From contig JBGAHS010000002.1 in assembly GCA_044226015.1 (NCBI GenBank), forward strand, positions 915,435-979,434: a stretch of 64,000 bases of DNA, read 5' to 3'. The stretch's first letter is position 1. Every line of letters begins with the position of its first letter. The notes below the pieces were generated by a model. It saw only the letters and a list, made by a program, of their open reading frames with translations, ran no database searches and was not told the DNA's origin. A program made the position numbers and the translations under genes. This DNA comes from Candidatus Obscuribacteraceae bacterium (GTDB lineage: Bacteria > Cyanobacteriota > Vampirovibrionia > Obscuribacterales > Obscuribacteraceae). Shown here piece by piece: positions 36,583 through 47,800 of this stretch.

Positions 36583-39534
36583 ATGAAACTATCAGAACCT
36601 ACTGGCACGGAAGAGTGCCAGAGCAACAGCAGTGAGCAAGATCTCGCATCTATTGCCGCGGACTTGAGAAAAATTGAGGGATTTGACAGCGGCAGCAAAT
36701 CGTTTTTGCGAGAGCCTACTCTCTACTTTTCGATCCTCGGAATATTCGCAGTTTGTGCTGCAACACTGCTAAATTCGCCTACCACATTTTGGATAACGTT
36801 TTGCGCTTCATCTGCATTCATGGTCATTTTGCACATAGTTGCAGAGCGATATTTGTTCAAAGCTAAACCAGAGAATCTTATCTATGATGCACCCTATGAG
36901 GGCTCGTTCGTTGCAATCTTTGGCTCAATACTGCCGGGCATCAGCTTTATTACATATTCCATTTTTGCACTCGTCAGTTCAGCGCGAACTAACATTCCTT
37001 TAGAACTGTGCAAAATAGCACTTCTTCTTGCCGTACCATTTTGCAATTTTGTTGTTTGGAAAACCATTCGCAAGCGCTACATAAAAAAGCCGCGACTCAT
37101 TGGAATGATGAATGGAGTAGCTGTCGGTCTATCAGCGACTTGGACAATAATTCTCTTCAAAGTACTTTCAACCCCTGCAGCCGCAGCGGGATGCAAATTC
37201 GGCTGGATGTTTCTGTTGAGCACTTCGCCTTTCTTACTCATATCAGCACTGATGTTGCTAGTAGATCTTCATCTGAAAACCGAGAAACACATTGCTCGCA
37301 TCACGGCTGCTTTCGCTTCAATAGGATTCGTCTTGTCGTCGCTGATTGCATTTACACCAGCCATTCACACGATGCTGACCGAATCAACAATAAGCGAGGC
37401 TCGAAATGCAAGTTCGCAAAATAGAGCTGAAGCAGTCAGCAAGTTAAGCGCAATTGCAAGTGAAGATGATATTCGCCCATCAGAGAATTCGATTGATGGC
37501 TTCAGTCTTTCCTCCTTGCTAATTGGAAAAGAAGGGCTGGAACGCAATCAAGATCAAGATATGGAAATATATTTCAGACTAACAGGAAAGCCTTTTCATC
37601 AGAAAGGACAGAAACCGTACAGCCCCTCAACGTGGCACCCTGAGGATGATAGACGAACAACCATTTTCATAGGCGATAAAGCATACGGATTAGCCATGAG
37701 CAAATCGCAGATGACTGGTTTTCTGGACGCAGCATCGCTGACTGGAAGCCTAGACTGGACTATCAGCCTCTATAATTCGAATAACGCAGATGCAGATGGA
37801 AGAGCAGAAATAGTACTACCTCAAGGTTCTGTTATTTCAGGCGTTTCGTTATGGGTGAACAATCACCAACAAAGCATCAATCTCGTACCTACCGAAATAC
37901 AAAATGCCACAATGCATGTTCCCACAATATTGAGTAATACAGCAGGCGGAAAGATCATTCTCAAACACATCCCCGTAACCGCAAACGGTGGCGAATCACG
38001 GGTTAGCCTCCACATCACAATACCCCTTAGCTCTTGCAACAATCTGGCGCAGGCATCACTACCGAAAATTGCCGCGAGCAATTTCTCTCAGACCAAGCGC
38101 ATGCATCTCAGCCTCAGAGCATCCAGCGAGTTCGTGCGTACAAGAACTTCCAAGACCAGGAAAACCAACAAGACCTACTTCTTTGAAGATTTACTGAAAG
38201 ACGAAATGCTCGAAAAAACAGCTGACTATCCCATCGCAGTGAAAATTACCGCGCCGTTTCAAGCTCTAGCATACAAAGACGAAAATGCAGACAAGCAGTA
38301 CATCATTGAAAGATCGCAAACAACAAAACAGATCGGGCCAGATCAATTAGCGATAGTCATAGATCCCTCCGCAAGCATGAAACAGGTTGCCGAAGAAATT
38401 AAGAAATGCATTCTAACCCTACCTCAGAAATTGCATGCAGTGGTTTACTTTGCGAGGACACAAGAGATTGCAAGCCACGAGAAAATAAAGTACCTGCCCC
38501 TAAAGACTGCCGCGAATGAAATCAATTCCGAGCTATTTGAAGGAGGCAACGACAACAGTGCAGTATTGCGAACCGCAATCGAAAACACAGCAGAGAAGCC
38601 AAACTCAGTTGTTCTGTGGATTCACGGACCGCAGCCAGTACTATTCAGCGAAATAGAAAACACTCCTATGGACTTAATTTACCCAGTAAAGTTAGTTGAT
38701 CTTGCCATCCAGGAAGGACCCGATAAGGTCACGCCAGCGCTGCGACTTGGCTCCACTGATATAAACAAATCATGCGCATACAGTAAATTAGATCGAAGCG
38801 GAAGCCTGGAGAACGACCTTAACGCACTAATCAAAGATTGGACTGTAGAAAAAACTGTCACAAAGCTGGTACGCGTAGCATCTCAATCACCGGAGTCAGC
38901 AACTCTAGTCGACGCTCCTGAAACCGCGCAGCAAGTAGCCACACTCTGGGCAGAATCGCAATATCGATACTTGCTCGAATCGGGAAGAACCACTCAAGCC
39001 ATAGCACTAGCGAGGCATTATGAGATCCTCACACCAGACACTGAGTACATCCTATCTCTGAAAAGTGCTCAGCAACTTCATCCAAGATCCTACAAGCCCG
39101 AAGTAAGCGAAGAAAAAATCAGCTACGTGGGCAACGCTGTGATTAAAACAAAAGCTATTCAGAAACCAGTAGTGATTGCTGGCGAGAAAGATCAGCTTGA
39201 AGCTGTTGAAACTGTGACACCTCCCCAATCTTCAACGCCGGGTCCAGGGCTAATAGGAATGCCAGTTGACCCACGCTACGGACAGTCTAACGAAGTAGGC
39301 TCACTAGCAGACTACGGTTATGACACTGCCAGAGATATGTCACGCGCCATCACCTTGATTGTAACCGTCATCAACTCACTGTTTTGCCTGAAGAACGCCT
39401 ACTTGTCTATCAAACGAAACGACAAACCAGGCCTTGGTAAATCCATAGCTCTATTTATCATAGTTCCAACGGTTGTCCATCTTTTCGGAACCTTCTTAAT
39501 CAACAATTTTGGTGGTCTCGGTGGTGGGCTCTAA
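36583..39534 (+). CDS. Polytopic membrane protein with VIT-like and vWA-like domains
   Basis: About 7 N-terminal TM segments; GRAEIVLPQGSVISGVSLWVN (VIT-like); IVIDPSASM (MIDAS-like); two C-terminal TM segments. Confidence 0.75.
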   Translation: MKLSEPTGTEECQSNSSEQDLASIAADLRKIEGFDSGSKSFLREPTLYFSILGIFAVCAATLLNSPTTFWITFCASSAFMVILHIVAERYLFKAKPENLIYDAPYEGSFVAIFGSILPGISFITYSIFALVSSARTNIPLELCKIALLLAVPFCNFVVWKTIRKRYIKKPRLIGMMNGVAVGLSATWTIILFKVLSTPAAAAGCKFGWMFLLSTSPFLLISALMLLVDLHLKTEKHIARITAAFASIGFVLSSLIAFTPAIHTMLTESTISEARNASSQNRAEAVSKLSAIASEDDIRPSENSIDGFSLSSLLIGKEGLERNQDQDMEIYFRLTGKPFHQKGQKPYSPSTWHPEDDRRTTIFIGDKAYGLAMSKSQMTGFLDAASLTGSLDWTISLYNSNNADADGRAEIVLPQGSVISGVSLWVNNHQQSINLVPTEIQNATMHVPTILSNTAGGKIILKHIPVTANGGESRVSLHITIPLSSCNNLAQASLPKIAASNFSQTKRMHLSLRASSEFVRTRTSKTRKTNKTYFFEDLLKDEMLEKTADYPIAVKITAPFQALAYKDENADKQYIIERSQTTKQIGPDQLAIVIDPSASMKQVAEEIKKCILTLPQKLHAVVYFARTQEIASHEKIKYLPLKTAANEINSELFEGGNDNSAVLRTAIENTAEKPNSVVLWIHGPQPVLFSEIENTPMDLIYPVKLVDLAIQEGPDKVTPALRLGSTDINKSCAYSKLDRSGSLENDLNALIKDWTVEKTVTKLVRVASQSPESATLVDAPETAQQVATLWAESQYRYLLESGRTTQAIALARHYEILTPDTEYILSLKSAQQLHPRSYKPEVSEEKISYVGNAVIKTKAIQKPVVIAGEKDQLEAVETVTPPQSSTPGPGLIGMPVDPRYGQSNEVGSLADYGYDTARDMSRAITLIVTVINSLFCLKNAYLSIKRNDKPGLGKSIALFIIVPTVVHLFGTFLINNFGGLGGGL

Positions 39535-39543
39535 CACGTGTGG

Positions 39544-39603
39544 CCGATACGATCAGGATCCATCTGGCACGATAATACTCCACCTGGCACGATCAGGATC
39601 CGC
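39544..39603. repeat. Degenerate 20-bp tandem repeat, 3 copies
   Basis: CCGATACGATCAGGATCCAT / CTGGCACGATAATACTCCAC / CTGGCACGATCAGGATCCGC. Confidence 0.75.
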
Positions 39604-39613
39604 CTAACAAATC

Positions 39614-39646
39614 AACACCTCTGGAGCGCCTTCTTCAGAGGTGTTT
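39614..39646 (+). terminator. Terminator-like hairpin
   Basis: 10-bp stem AACACCTCTG / CAGAGGTGTT after the VIT gene. Confidence 0.5.
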
Positions 39647-39853
39647 CAATCTTTGAGAATGATGTCCGAAAATGGCGAGTCTTCATCTACTGATGCTGAT
39701 AGACTTTATTTCATCAAGGACGCGAGTAACTAAAAGAACAATACTGAAATCAGCAATAGACCAAGTCAACGAGCAAACTAACAGCGACAAGATTTGAGTC
39801 GCTTAAGGGTTCTCTTTGCTGGCTACCGCTATACTGTTTTGAAGGAATCAAAA

Positions 39854-40369
39854 ATGCTTACAATGACAAAACAATCTGTACACAAGAAAATAAAATCACC
39901 TAGTGGAATGCTCACGCTTATATCCAACGGCTCTGCACTCGCTGCTATTCTCTGGGAAAATGATAGTCCCGATAGAGTCAGAATTGAGAAAGGAGAGCAA
40001 AGTGAAACTGACCCTATACTAATTGAAGCGGAAAAACAGTTGCTCGAATACTACGCCGGTCGCCGTACTAGTTTTGACTTGCCCTTAGACTTCCAGGGTA
40101 GTGACTTCCAAAAGTCGGTATGGAAGGCTCTGTTGGCTATTCCCTATGGCGAAACCAAAACCTACAAACAGATCGCATCAGAGCTTGGCAAAGAGCAAGC
40201 AGTAAGAGCAGTTGGAACGGCTATCGGCAAAAATCCTCTCTCGATAGTTGCCCCGTGCCACCGCGTCATCGGCTCTGATGGTGAATTAAGAGGCTTTGCT
40301 GGCGGGCTTGAAACAAAAGCACAATTGCTAAAGCTTGAATCGAATACTTCGCTGCAATCGGTGCTATGA
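39854..40369 (+). CDS. ogt: Methylated-DNA--protein-cysteine methyltransferase
   Basis: FQKSVW, IPYGET, RAVG, PCHRV active site; AAGGA before ATG 39854. Confidence 0.95.
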   Translation: MLTMTKQSVHKKIKSPSGMLTLISNGSALAAILWENDSPDRVRIEKGEQSETDPILIEAEKQLLEYYAGRRTSFDLPLDFQGSDFQKSVWKALLAIPYGETKTYKQIASELGKEQAVRAVGTAIGKNPLSIVAPCHRVIGSDGELRGFAGGLETKAQLLKLESNTSLQSVL

Positions 40370-41865
40370 AAATGAACTTGAGCTCAGACCTCTGCTACCA
40401 GGCGCTACTAACTCGAGACAGACGATTCGATGGATTGTTCTTCGTAGCTGTTAGCTCCACAAAAATCTACTGCAGACCGATTTGCACTGTTAAGGCCCCG
40501 CAGCAAAAGAATTGCTCATTTTATGACAATGCAGCGAGTTGCGAACGCGCAGGTTTTCGCCCTTGCTTAAAATGTCGCCCTGAATTAGCCCCAGGAAATT
40601 CCATTGTAGATTCACGAAGCAGACTAATCACTGATGCCCTGAGCCGCATCGAAGACAATGCTCTTGCTGCAGATTCACTCGAAGAACTTGCGAACGAACT
40701 TGGTGTCAGCAGTCGCCATTTGCGGAGGGTGTTTGAGTCTGAAATTGGAGTTTCGCCAGTTGAGTACATCCAAACCCAACGCCTGTTAGCCGCGAAGAGA
40801 TTGCTCACCGACACAAGTATGCCTGTAACTCAAATTGCGCTGGCTAGTGGCTTTGGAAGCGTCAGGCGCTTCAATGCACTGTTTCAAGAAAGATATCGCT
40901 TAAGCCCGAGCGAACTCAGAAAGTCTCGTTCTGACGAGTTGGGAGGACCATCTGATACTTTCACATGCTCTTTAAGTTATCGCCCACCATATGATTGGGA
41001 ATCTATGCTGTCCTTCCTTCGGCTACGGGCCTGCCCAGGAATCGAAAGCGTCACGGAGAAGGCATACTCCAGAACCGTGTCGATAGATGAAATAGATGGC
41101 TGGTTAAGTGTAGAACAATCCCAAAAATCACCAAACTTGATAGTGACTCTCTCCTCATCACTGGCACCAAAGTTTCTGCAAATAGTTAACAGGCTTAATC
41201 GCCTTTTTGACCTTCAAGCAAAACCAGACCTGATAGAGACACAACTCGGAAAACTGGCAAGCGACTTTCCGGGATTGCGCGTTCCTGGTGCATTTGACCC
41301 CTTTGAAGTCTCAATCAGAGGAATACTCGGGCAACAAGTGAGTGTCAAAGCTGCTACAAATCTGGCGGGCAGATTGGCAAACAAATATGGAGCTAAGATT
41401 GACACACCAATTGACGAACTCAAGCTCTTAAGTCCAACAGCAGAGAAGCTCAGCAAAGCCACCACAGAGGGTATCAGTGAGCTTGGCATAATTTCAACAC
41501 GCGCAAACACTATCATCAATTTCGCAAAAGCGTATGCAAAGGGAGAACTGAAGCTCTACCCGGGAGCCGACTACGACGCAACCGTGAAGACACTAGCCTC
41601 ACTGCCAGGCATCGGAGAATGGACTGCTGACTATATTGCTATGCGCTGCCTGGCATGGCCCGACGCATTTCCACATGGGGATCTTGGTATCAAGAAAGCG
41701 CTAAATAATAACAGCAAGAAAGAAATTCTCGCCCTGGCAGAAGCTTACCGCCCCTGGAGAGCCTACGCAGCGATGCACCTCTGGAAATCACTGGATAAGC
41801 TCGCCCCAAAGTCCAAGGCAAAGACACAGACAAAGGCGAAGTCCAAGAAAATATTGCCTTCCTAG
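40366..41865 (+). CDS. alkA: Ada-type Zn/AraC regulator fused to AlkA DNA-3-methyladenine glycosylase
   Basis: YCRPIC and FRPCLKC Zn ligands, AraC HTH, GQQVS, HhH LPGIGEWTA, PWRAYA; ATGA overlap with ogt. Confidence 0.92.
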   Translation: MKMNLSSDLCYQALLTRDRRFDGLFFVAVSSTKIYCRPICTVKAPQQKNCSFYDNAASCERAGFRPCLKCRPELAPGNSIVDSRSRLITDALSRIEDNALAADSLEELANELGVSSRHLRRVFESEIGVSPVEYIQTQRLLAAKRLLTDTSMPVTQIALASGFGSVRRFNALFQERYRLSPSELRKSRSDELGGPSDTFTCSLSYRPPYDWESMLSFLRLRACPGIESVTEKAYSRTVSIDEIDGWLSVEQSQKSPNLIVTLSSSLAPKFLQIVNRLNRLFDLQAKPDLIETQLGKLASDFPGLRVPGAFDPFEVSIRGILGQQVSVKAATNLAGRLANKYGAKIDTPIDELKLLSPTAEKLSKATTEGISELGIISTRANTIINFAKAYAKGELKLYPGADYDATVKTLASLPGIGEWTADYIAMRCLAWPDAFPHGDLGIKKALNNNSKKEILALAEAYRPWRAYAAMHLWKSLDKLAPKSKAKTQTKAKSKKILPS

Positions 41866-44800
41866 TATTGACTGTAATTACCTTTTCTAAGATTTAGCGA
41901 TGTGAGAATACAAGCATCTTTCACAATTTGCGAGTAATGCTTTTGGTCAGCCTTCTCCTTCGACTGGCGCAGAGCCTGCAAGGTTTTGTCATTTACAAGA
42001 GCTGCTGTGACAGAGAACTCGCTGCTGTGAATTCTCATTCCATTTGCAAGCGTCTGACTGCTGAGGTTACGGACTGCAACCCCTGTTGAGTGGCAAAAAT
42101 CAAGCGCCGGTCTCTGAGTCTGATTTGTCGCCACCGCCTGCCAACCAAGGTTTACTTCAATCGCATCGTTTCCGCTAATTAACCTCACGTCCCCAGGCTT
42201 TCTATCATGAAGCGTGCGCACAGCTGTGAATTCAGCGGAAGTCTCAACAATTACTTTAGCACCTGCCGCAATTTCGAGCGCACCGTGATTGGTTTTCAAT
42301 ACGACATTTTTGGATGGAGCAAGCAAGAGCGCGCCTGACTCCAATTCGAAATTAGAGCGTCCCTTTCCTGCTCGAATCGAGACCCCAGCCCTCGCCAATT
42401 TACTCTTCAAATCAGAGGTGAATACCGAATCTGATACCAGGTTTGCAACAGCAGTTTTTGCCACCGCAGCTCTGTATGACTCATTCAGCTCAGCCTCTGA
42501 TGGAACCACTTCAACAAAACTGATTCCTTTCAATTCGCTCTCTTCCGTCGAACCCTCAGCACCAGACATTGCAAGATTTGTGCCTGAAGCGAGTGGCAAC
42601 TCAAGTCCCCTGAAAGTAATGAATGTCTTGCTTCTCTTTTTCGCAAAAGGATTTTCCTCAGATTCACCTGGTGACCAGGGAACCAGAGACGTCAGGATTG
42701 TGCCGGGCTGACCAGCTTTGCCTTGTGGAGACACGGTGCCATCTTTGCCGGGCGTTAGACCAAGACCTTTCAACCCAGCTACGCCAAGCTGAAGTCCAGC
42801 TAAGCCCCCAAGACTTGTGGGTGGAGAGAAGGAATTTCCACCACTAATCGTGATGTCTCCACCATTTCCACCATTGCCGGACGGATTAACATTTCCGCCA
42901 TTTCCTCCGGTTCCTTTTATAGTTGGACTGGTTGATGCGTCGCCACCTTTTCCTGCGACACCAAGCTGGTCGCCACCTACACCACCATCGGCAGAAATGC
43001 TACCCGTTATCGTGATTGAACTACCCGCTGTGATACTTATGGCTTTAACAGAAGGCAAAAGTACAACCTTACCACCGGCATTACCTGCCCTATCTACTGT
43101 TCCACCGTCGCCACCATGGAGAGGATTGTTGCCACCATCACCTGCAATACCGAGATTATCGCCACCATTGCCACCAAGGACAGTGACACTTCCCGTAATG
43201 TTGATGTCCGAACCAGAATTCAAGACGATTCCCGGAACACCTGCAACGACGCCAGACGCACCTCCATCTCCGGCTCTGCCAATGCCACCACCGTTGCCAC
43301 CAGTAGAGTCTCTGCCACTGGAAGAAGCATCTCCGCCAGACCCGGCACTGCTAACCTGTGAACCACCATCACCTTGATTAGCAAGAACAGAACCAGAAAT
43401 TGTCATGTCGCCAGTCAGAGCCTTCAGCGTGACGGAACCGCCTTTGCCTCCGTCGCCAGCATTGAGCACATTGCCGCCAGCACCACCAGTGCTACCACTA
43501 TCTCCACCACTTCCAGCAACACCATAGTTGTCTCCGCCCTTGCCGCCATTGGCAGTTACACTTCCGCCAATAAGCAAATTATTCGAAGCTGATATTGTAA
43601 TAGAGCCACCAGGTCCTATCACAAAGCCAGCGCTGCCGGCGTTCCCCGCATTACCAACATTGCCTCCGCTGCCTCCTCCCCTCGCGTCTTCGCCAGTGTT
43701 AGATACTGCACCAGTTCCGCCTATGCCGTTCTGAGTGCCACCATTGCCCTGATTAATCGATACCGACCCTGTGATTGTTACGTCGCTATTTACAGATTCA
43801 ACCGAGATAGCACCAGCTCTTCCTCCATCACCTGCGTCGAGAACCTTACCTCCAGCGCCACCTGAGAGCCCTGTACCTCCACTACCACCAACCGCATAAT
43901 TATTGCCACCATCTGAACCTTCCGCGATCAGGCTACCTGTGACTGAGACAAGATTGTCGGATTTAATGCTGATAGTACCACCAGCGCCGCCATCAGCACC
44001 AGAACCGGCATTACCGCCCGAACCGCCCGCCTTCGTGCTGCTGCCACCATTACCGGAAATACCTTTATTATCTGCAACACCGCCGCCACTCGCACTTATG
44101 TTTTGACAGGTCAATTTAGAGGAACCAAGCCCAGCAAACGTGAACGAACCACCAGCCCCAGCGCTTCCATTACCGCTTGTGTCACCAGCTGCGCCACCAC
44201 TGGCCCCGCCAACGCCTCCATTTCCGCTCTTTCCTGCATATATGCCCAGCACGCTTCCACCGTTGAGATTTATATCAGCGTTTATGGTGGCGTCAAGCTT
44301 AGTGCTGATACTGATTGAGCCGCCACTGCCAGCCTTGCCGTTGCTTCCCACGAACCCACTACCACCACCAGCGCCACCAACTATCTTTCCAGCAGTTGGA
44401 GCACCAGTACCGCCGTCGGCGCTAGTTCCATTATAGGCACCGACAGAACCACCCGAGAAATTCCAGGACGATGTAGGGTTAGCAAGGAAAGTTCCATCAG
44501 TAGATATAGTGAGGGAACCGCCTGCACCCGCATCTCCATTCTTGCCGACAGCGCCGCTCTTTCCACCATCGCCATTTTGCGCAATTTGCGAACCGGGTGT
44601 CAAACTCTTGGCGTTCATGTTGCCGACACTGCCACCGTGAGCATCCACCGTAGTTGTGCTAACAGCTCCACTTATACTTGTGATGCGAACATTGCCGCCA
44701 CCACCACCCGCACCATTGTCGAACACAGAGCCACTTGCGCCACCGGCTCCGCTGAGAGAGCCGGCATCGCCGCCAGCACCACCGCTGCCATCAAAATCAC

Positions 44801-47800
44801 CGTTAATAGAGCCTCCACTCGCCAAAATGACCGTGAGCCCTATGTCGGACTTGGAAGAAATATCGATAGCGTACAAGCCAGGTTTGTTTAATGAGGAACC
44901 AGCATCGCCCCCACCACCTATATCTCCACCAACCCCTCCCGCTCCGTTTGCTTTGCCATCGCCACCATTGCCACCGATTTGCAATATACCGAAGGAATCA
45001 CCACCCCTGGCGAGTATTCCGCCTGCACCAGATATAGTGCTCTGCCCATCAAGGACAACACGACCGCTGTCACCGCCGTGACCTGCTTTCGCTACAGAAC
45101 CGCCAGCACCGCCTCCGCCACCTATCTTCGAGCCTAAGAGCGGCGACACTCCATTGCCACCATTGCCTCCAGTCTGATTTACCAAGCCACGCTGTCCGCC
45201 ATCAACCGACAACAAACCATCAATTAATATTTGATTTGCCTTGGAAGTCAATTTGATTAAGCCGCCCGCACCGCCACTTCCAGCAGAATCAATCTTTCCA
45301 CCGCTACCACCGCCGGCTATCTGAGAGACATTACTTCCACCATTTCCACCATTGCCAGCCACTCCAACGTAAGCACTGGCGTTTCCACCTGAGGCAAGTA
45401 TGAGTGGACTCGAGGCAGTAATCGATATGGATGCCGCACTAACTTCAAGATTTCCACCACGTCCGCCGTCTCCCTGAGCTCCTAATGAGCCACCAGTGCC
45501 ACCCGGCTTGGTGTTAGTACCGTTGCCTCCACTGCCAGTCAGAGTCGGCAAATAAGCACCACTATCGCCGCCATACACACTAACAAGCGGCAGTTGAACT
45601 GTGCCACCATCCATAGTGAAGACATATTTACCACCTTTACCACCGCCTCCGGCGTTTAAGATATCCCCACCTTTACCACCAGCGCTATCTCTGCTTGCAA
45701 GCCCGAGACTGTTACCACCGTTTCCGGACTTCCCTGTGACGTCACCGCCTCTGCCACCATAGGCGCGGAGACCTTCGTTTGCACCACAATCAAAAGTGAC
45801 AGGGCTAATTGACAAACTGTTGATTTCAACTGTTCCACCATTTCCACCCGAGCCCGAAGCCAGATGAAACGAACTATTAATATCGCCCAGAGCTCCGCCA
45901 TCACCAGCGGCACCGAGACCATAAACAGCGTTGCCACCATTACCGGCAACTCCCTTGTTGGAACCACCACTACCACCAATAGCATCAACAGTACGAACAA
46001 TTAAAGAAGGCCCTGCCTCTGCCGTAAGCTTGATGTAGTTCGCGTCTCCACCACTGCCGGCAGAACCAACGCTACCACCTTTTCCTCCATTTTTATCACC
46101 ATTTCCGCCATTACCAGCAATACTCGCCTGGTCGCTTCCGGCGCCACCATCCACGGTGTACAAAGATGAGCCCGGAATACTCTTTGCCGCATCAATTTTA
46201 ATGCTTCCACCAACGCCACCCTGAACAGCGTTACCTATAGTGCCGCCATTACCGCCGATTCCCCCTTTGCTTGAATCGCCAATTGCGTTACCACCGTTGC
46301 CGGTGTGCGCATTAAAAATCGTGGGACCGAGATAGGTTCCATCTTTGGTATAAATTCCGGTGGTACCACCGAAAGCAAAAATTTGCGCTGGAGTAATGTC
46401 ACCGTTGGTAGATGTAATCGACACATCGCCACCATTGCCCGCAATACCTTCATGATCAATATCGCCAGCATTTCCGCCTTTGATGGTTCCATTACCACCA
46501 TTTCCAGTAATTGGAGCATAATTTTGCGAAGCCGCATTACCGCCGTATGCCGCGATTACCTCTCCACCGGTAAAATCGCCTCCACTCGTGATAGATAGAG
46601 TGCCACCTAGACCACCCTTGCCGCCTTTACCGATGCTTCCACTGTCGCCTCCTACACCATTTACGGTACTACCACCGTTGCCGGTACGCGACAGATTTCC
46701 ATTGGCGACTCCTCCACGAAGAATGATAACGCCTACATTAGATGCCGTTCCTGTGTCGGTGCTCAAACTGACTGAGCCAGCGTCGCCACCATTTCCGGTA
46801 AACGATCTATCCGCATTTATTGCTATGGAACCACTCTTACCACCATCGCCCTTCACGGAGACTGAGCCACCGTTACCGGTACTAGCCGAGTACAAGCCTC
46901 CATCACCGCCCGTAGCTATAACGCTTCCTTTAGGTGTGAATATATTTCCAGATTTACTTATGGCGATGACAGTGCCACCTACGCCGCCCTCACCACTGCT
47001 GCCGATATCGCCGCTGTTCCCTCCGTTACCAGTACTAGCGTCACCGCCCTTGCCGGTAGTTGGAGACGCAGCGCCGACCGCTCCACCCGCGACAAGCCAG
47101 GTTGCAGAGGTGTTGCCAGATATACCTATTTGACCAGAATCACTGCCAAGCAAGATATATCCACCCTTGCCAGCATTTCCGTTATTTTCAATAAGACCGC
47201 TGTTTCCGCCCCGTCCCGAAGTGCTTCCCCCTCTGCCACCATCACCGGTGACAGGATTCCAACCTTGTTCTACGTCTCCTCCAGGAGCTATTAGAGGAAC
47301 CAACAAGATTTTTCCGCTGCTCGTGCCAATGCTTATTATCCCACCGTTACCAGCATTTCCATTGCCACGGATTATGCCGCTGTTACCACCAACACCAATA
47401 ACATTGCCACTACCGCCCGCGCCAGAATGCGGTGATGCAGCCGAAACATGCCCCCCGGCAACTGCCAATGTGCCAAAGCCGCTAATGTCACCGGTTCCGC
47501 CCAATATGGTGATCGATCCTCCTTTGCCCGCATTGCCGTTGGAAAGAATCTCGCCTCCATTGCCACCCCTTGTGTTGGCGTTGCCCTTAGCACCAGCATT
47601 TCCGCCCGAGCCGCTACTAGCAAGATTGAAGAAAACATCACCACCACGCGCTCCGATTAAGTCTTGCTCTCCGGTGGTGCTGGAGGTGAAAGCGTTTGAG
47701 ACGCTTATTTGAACGAAGCCACCAGCGCCGCCGGAACCGCCATGCCCTACCATGCCTCCGTTGCCACCGTTACCGCTGCCACCGCCGTCTCCGCCGTTTC

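Noticed and set aside
39565..39600. Sigma54 promoters (TGGCAC)
   Set aside because: No TTGC at the -12 position; the hexamers belong to the tandem repeat.
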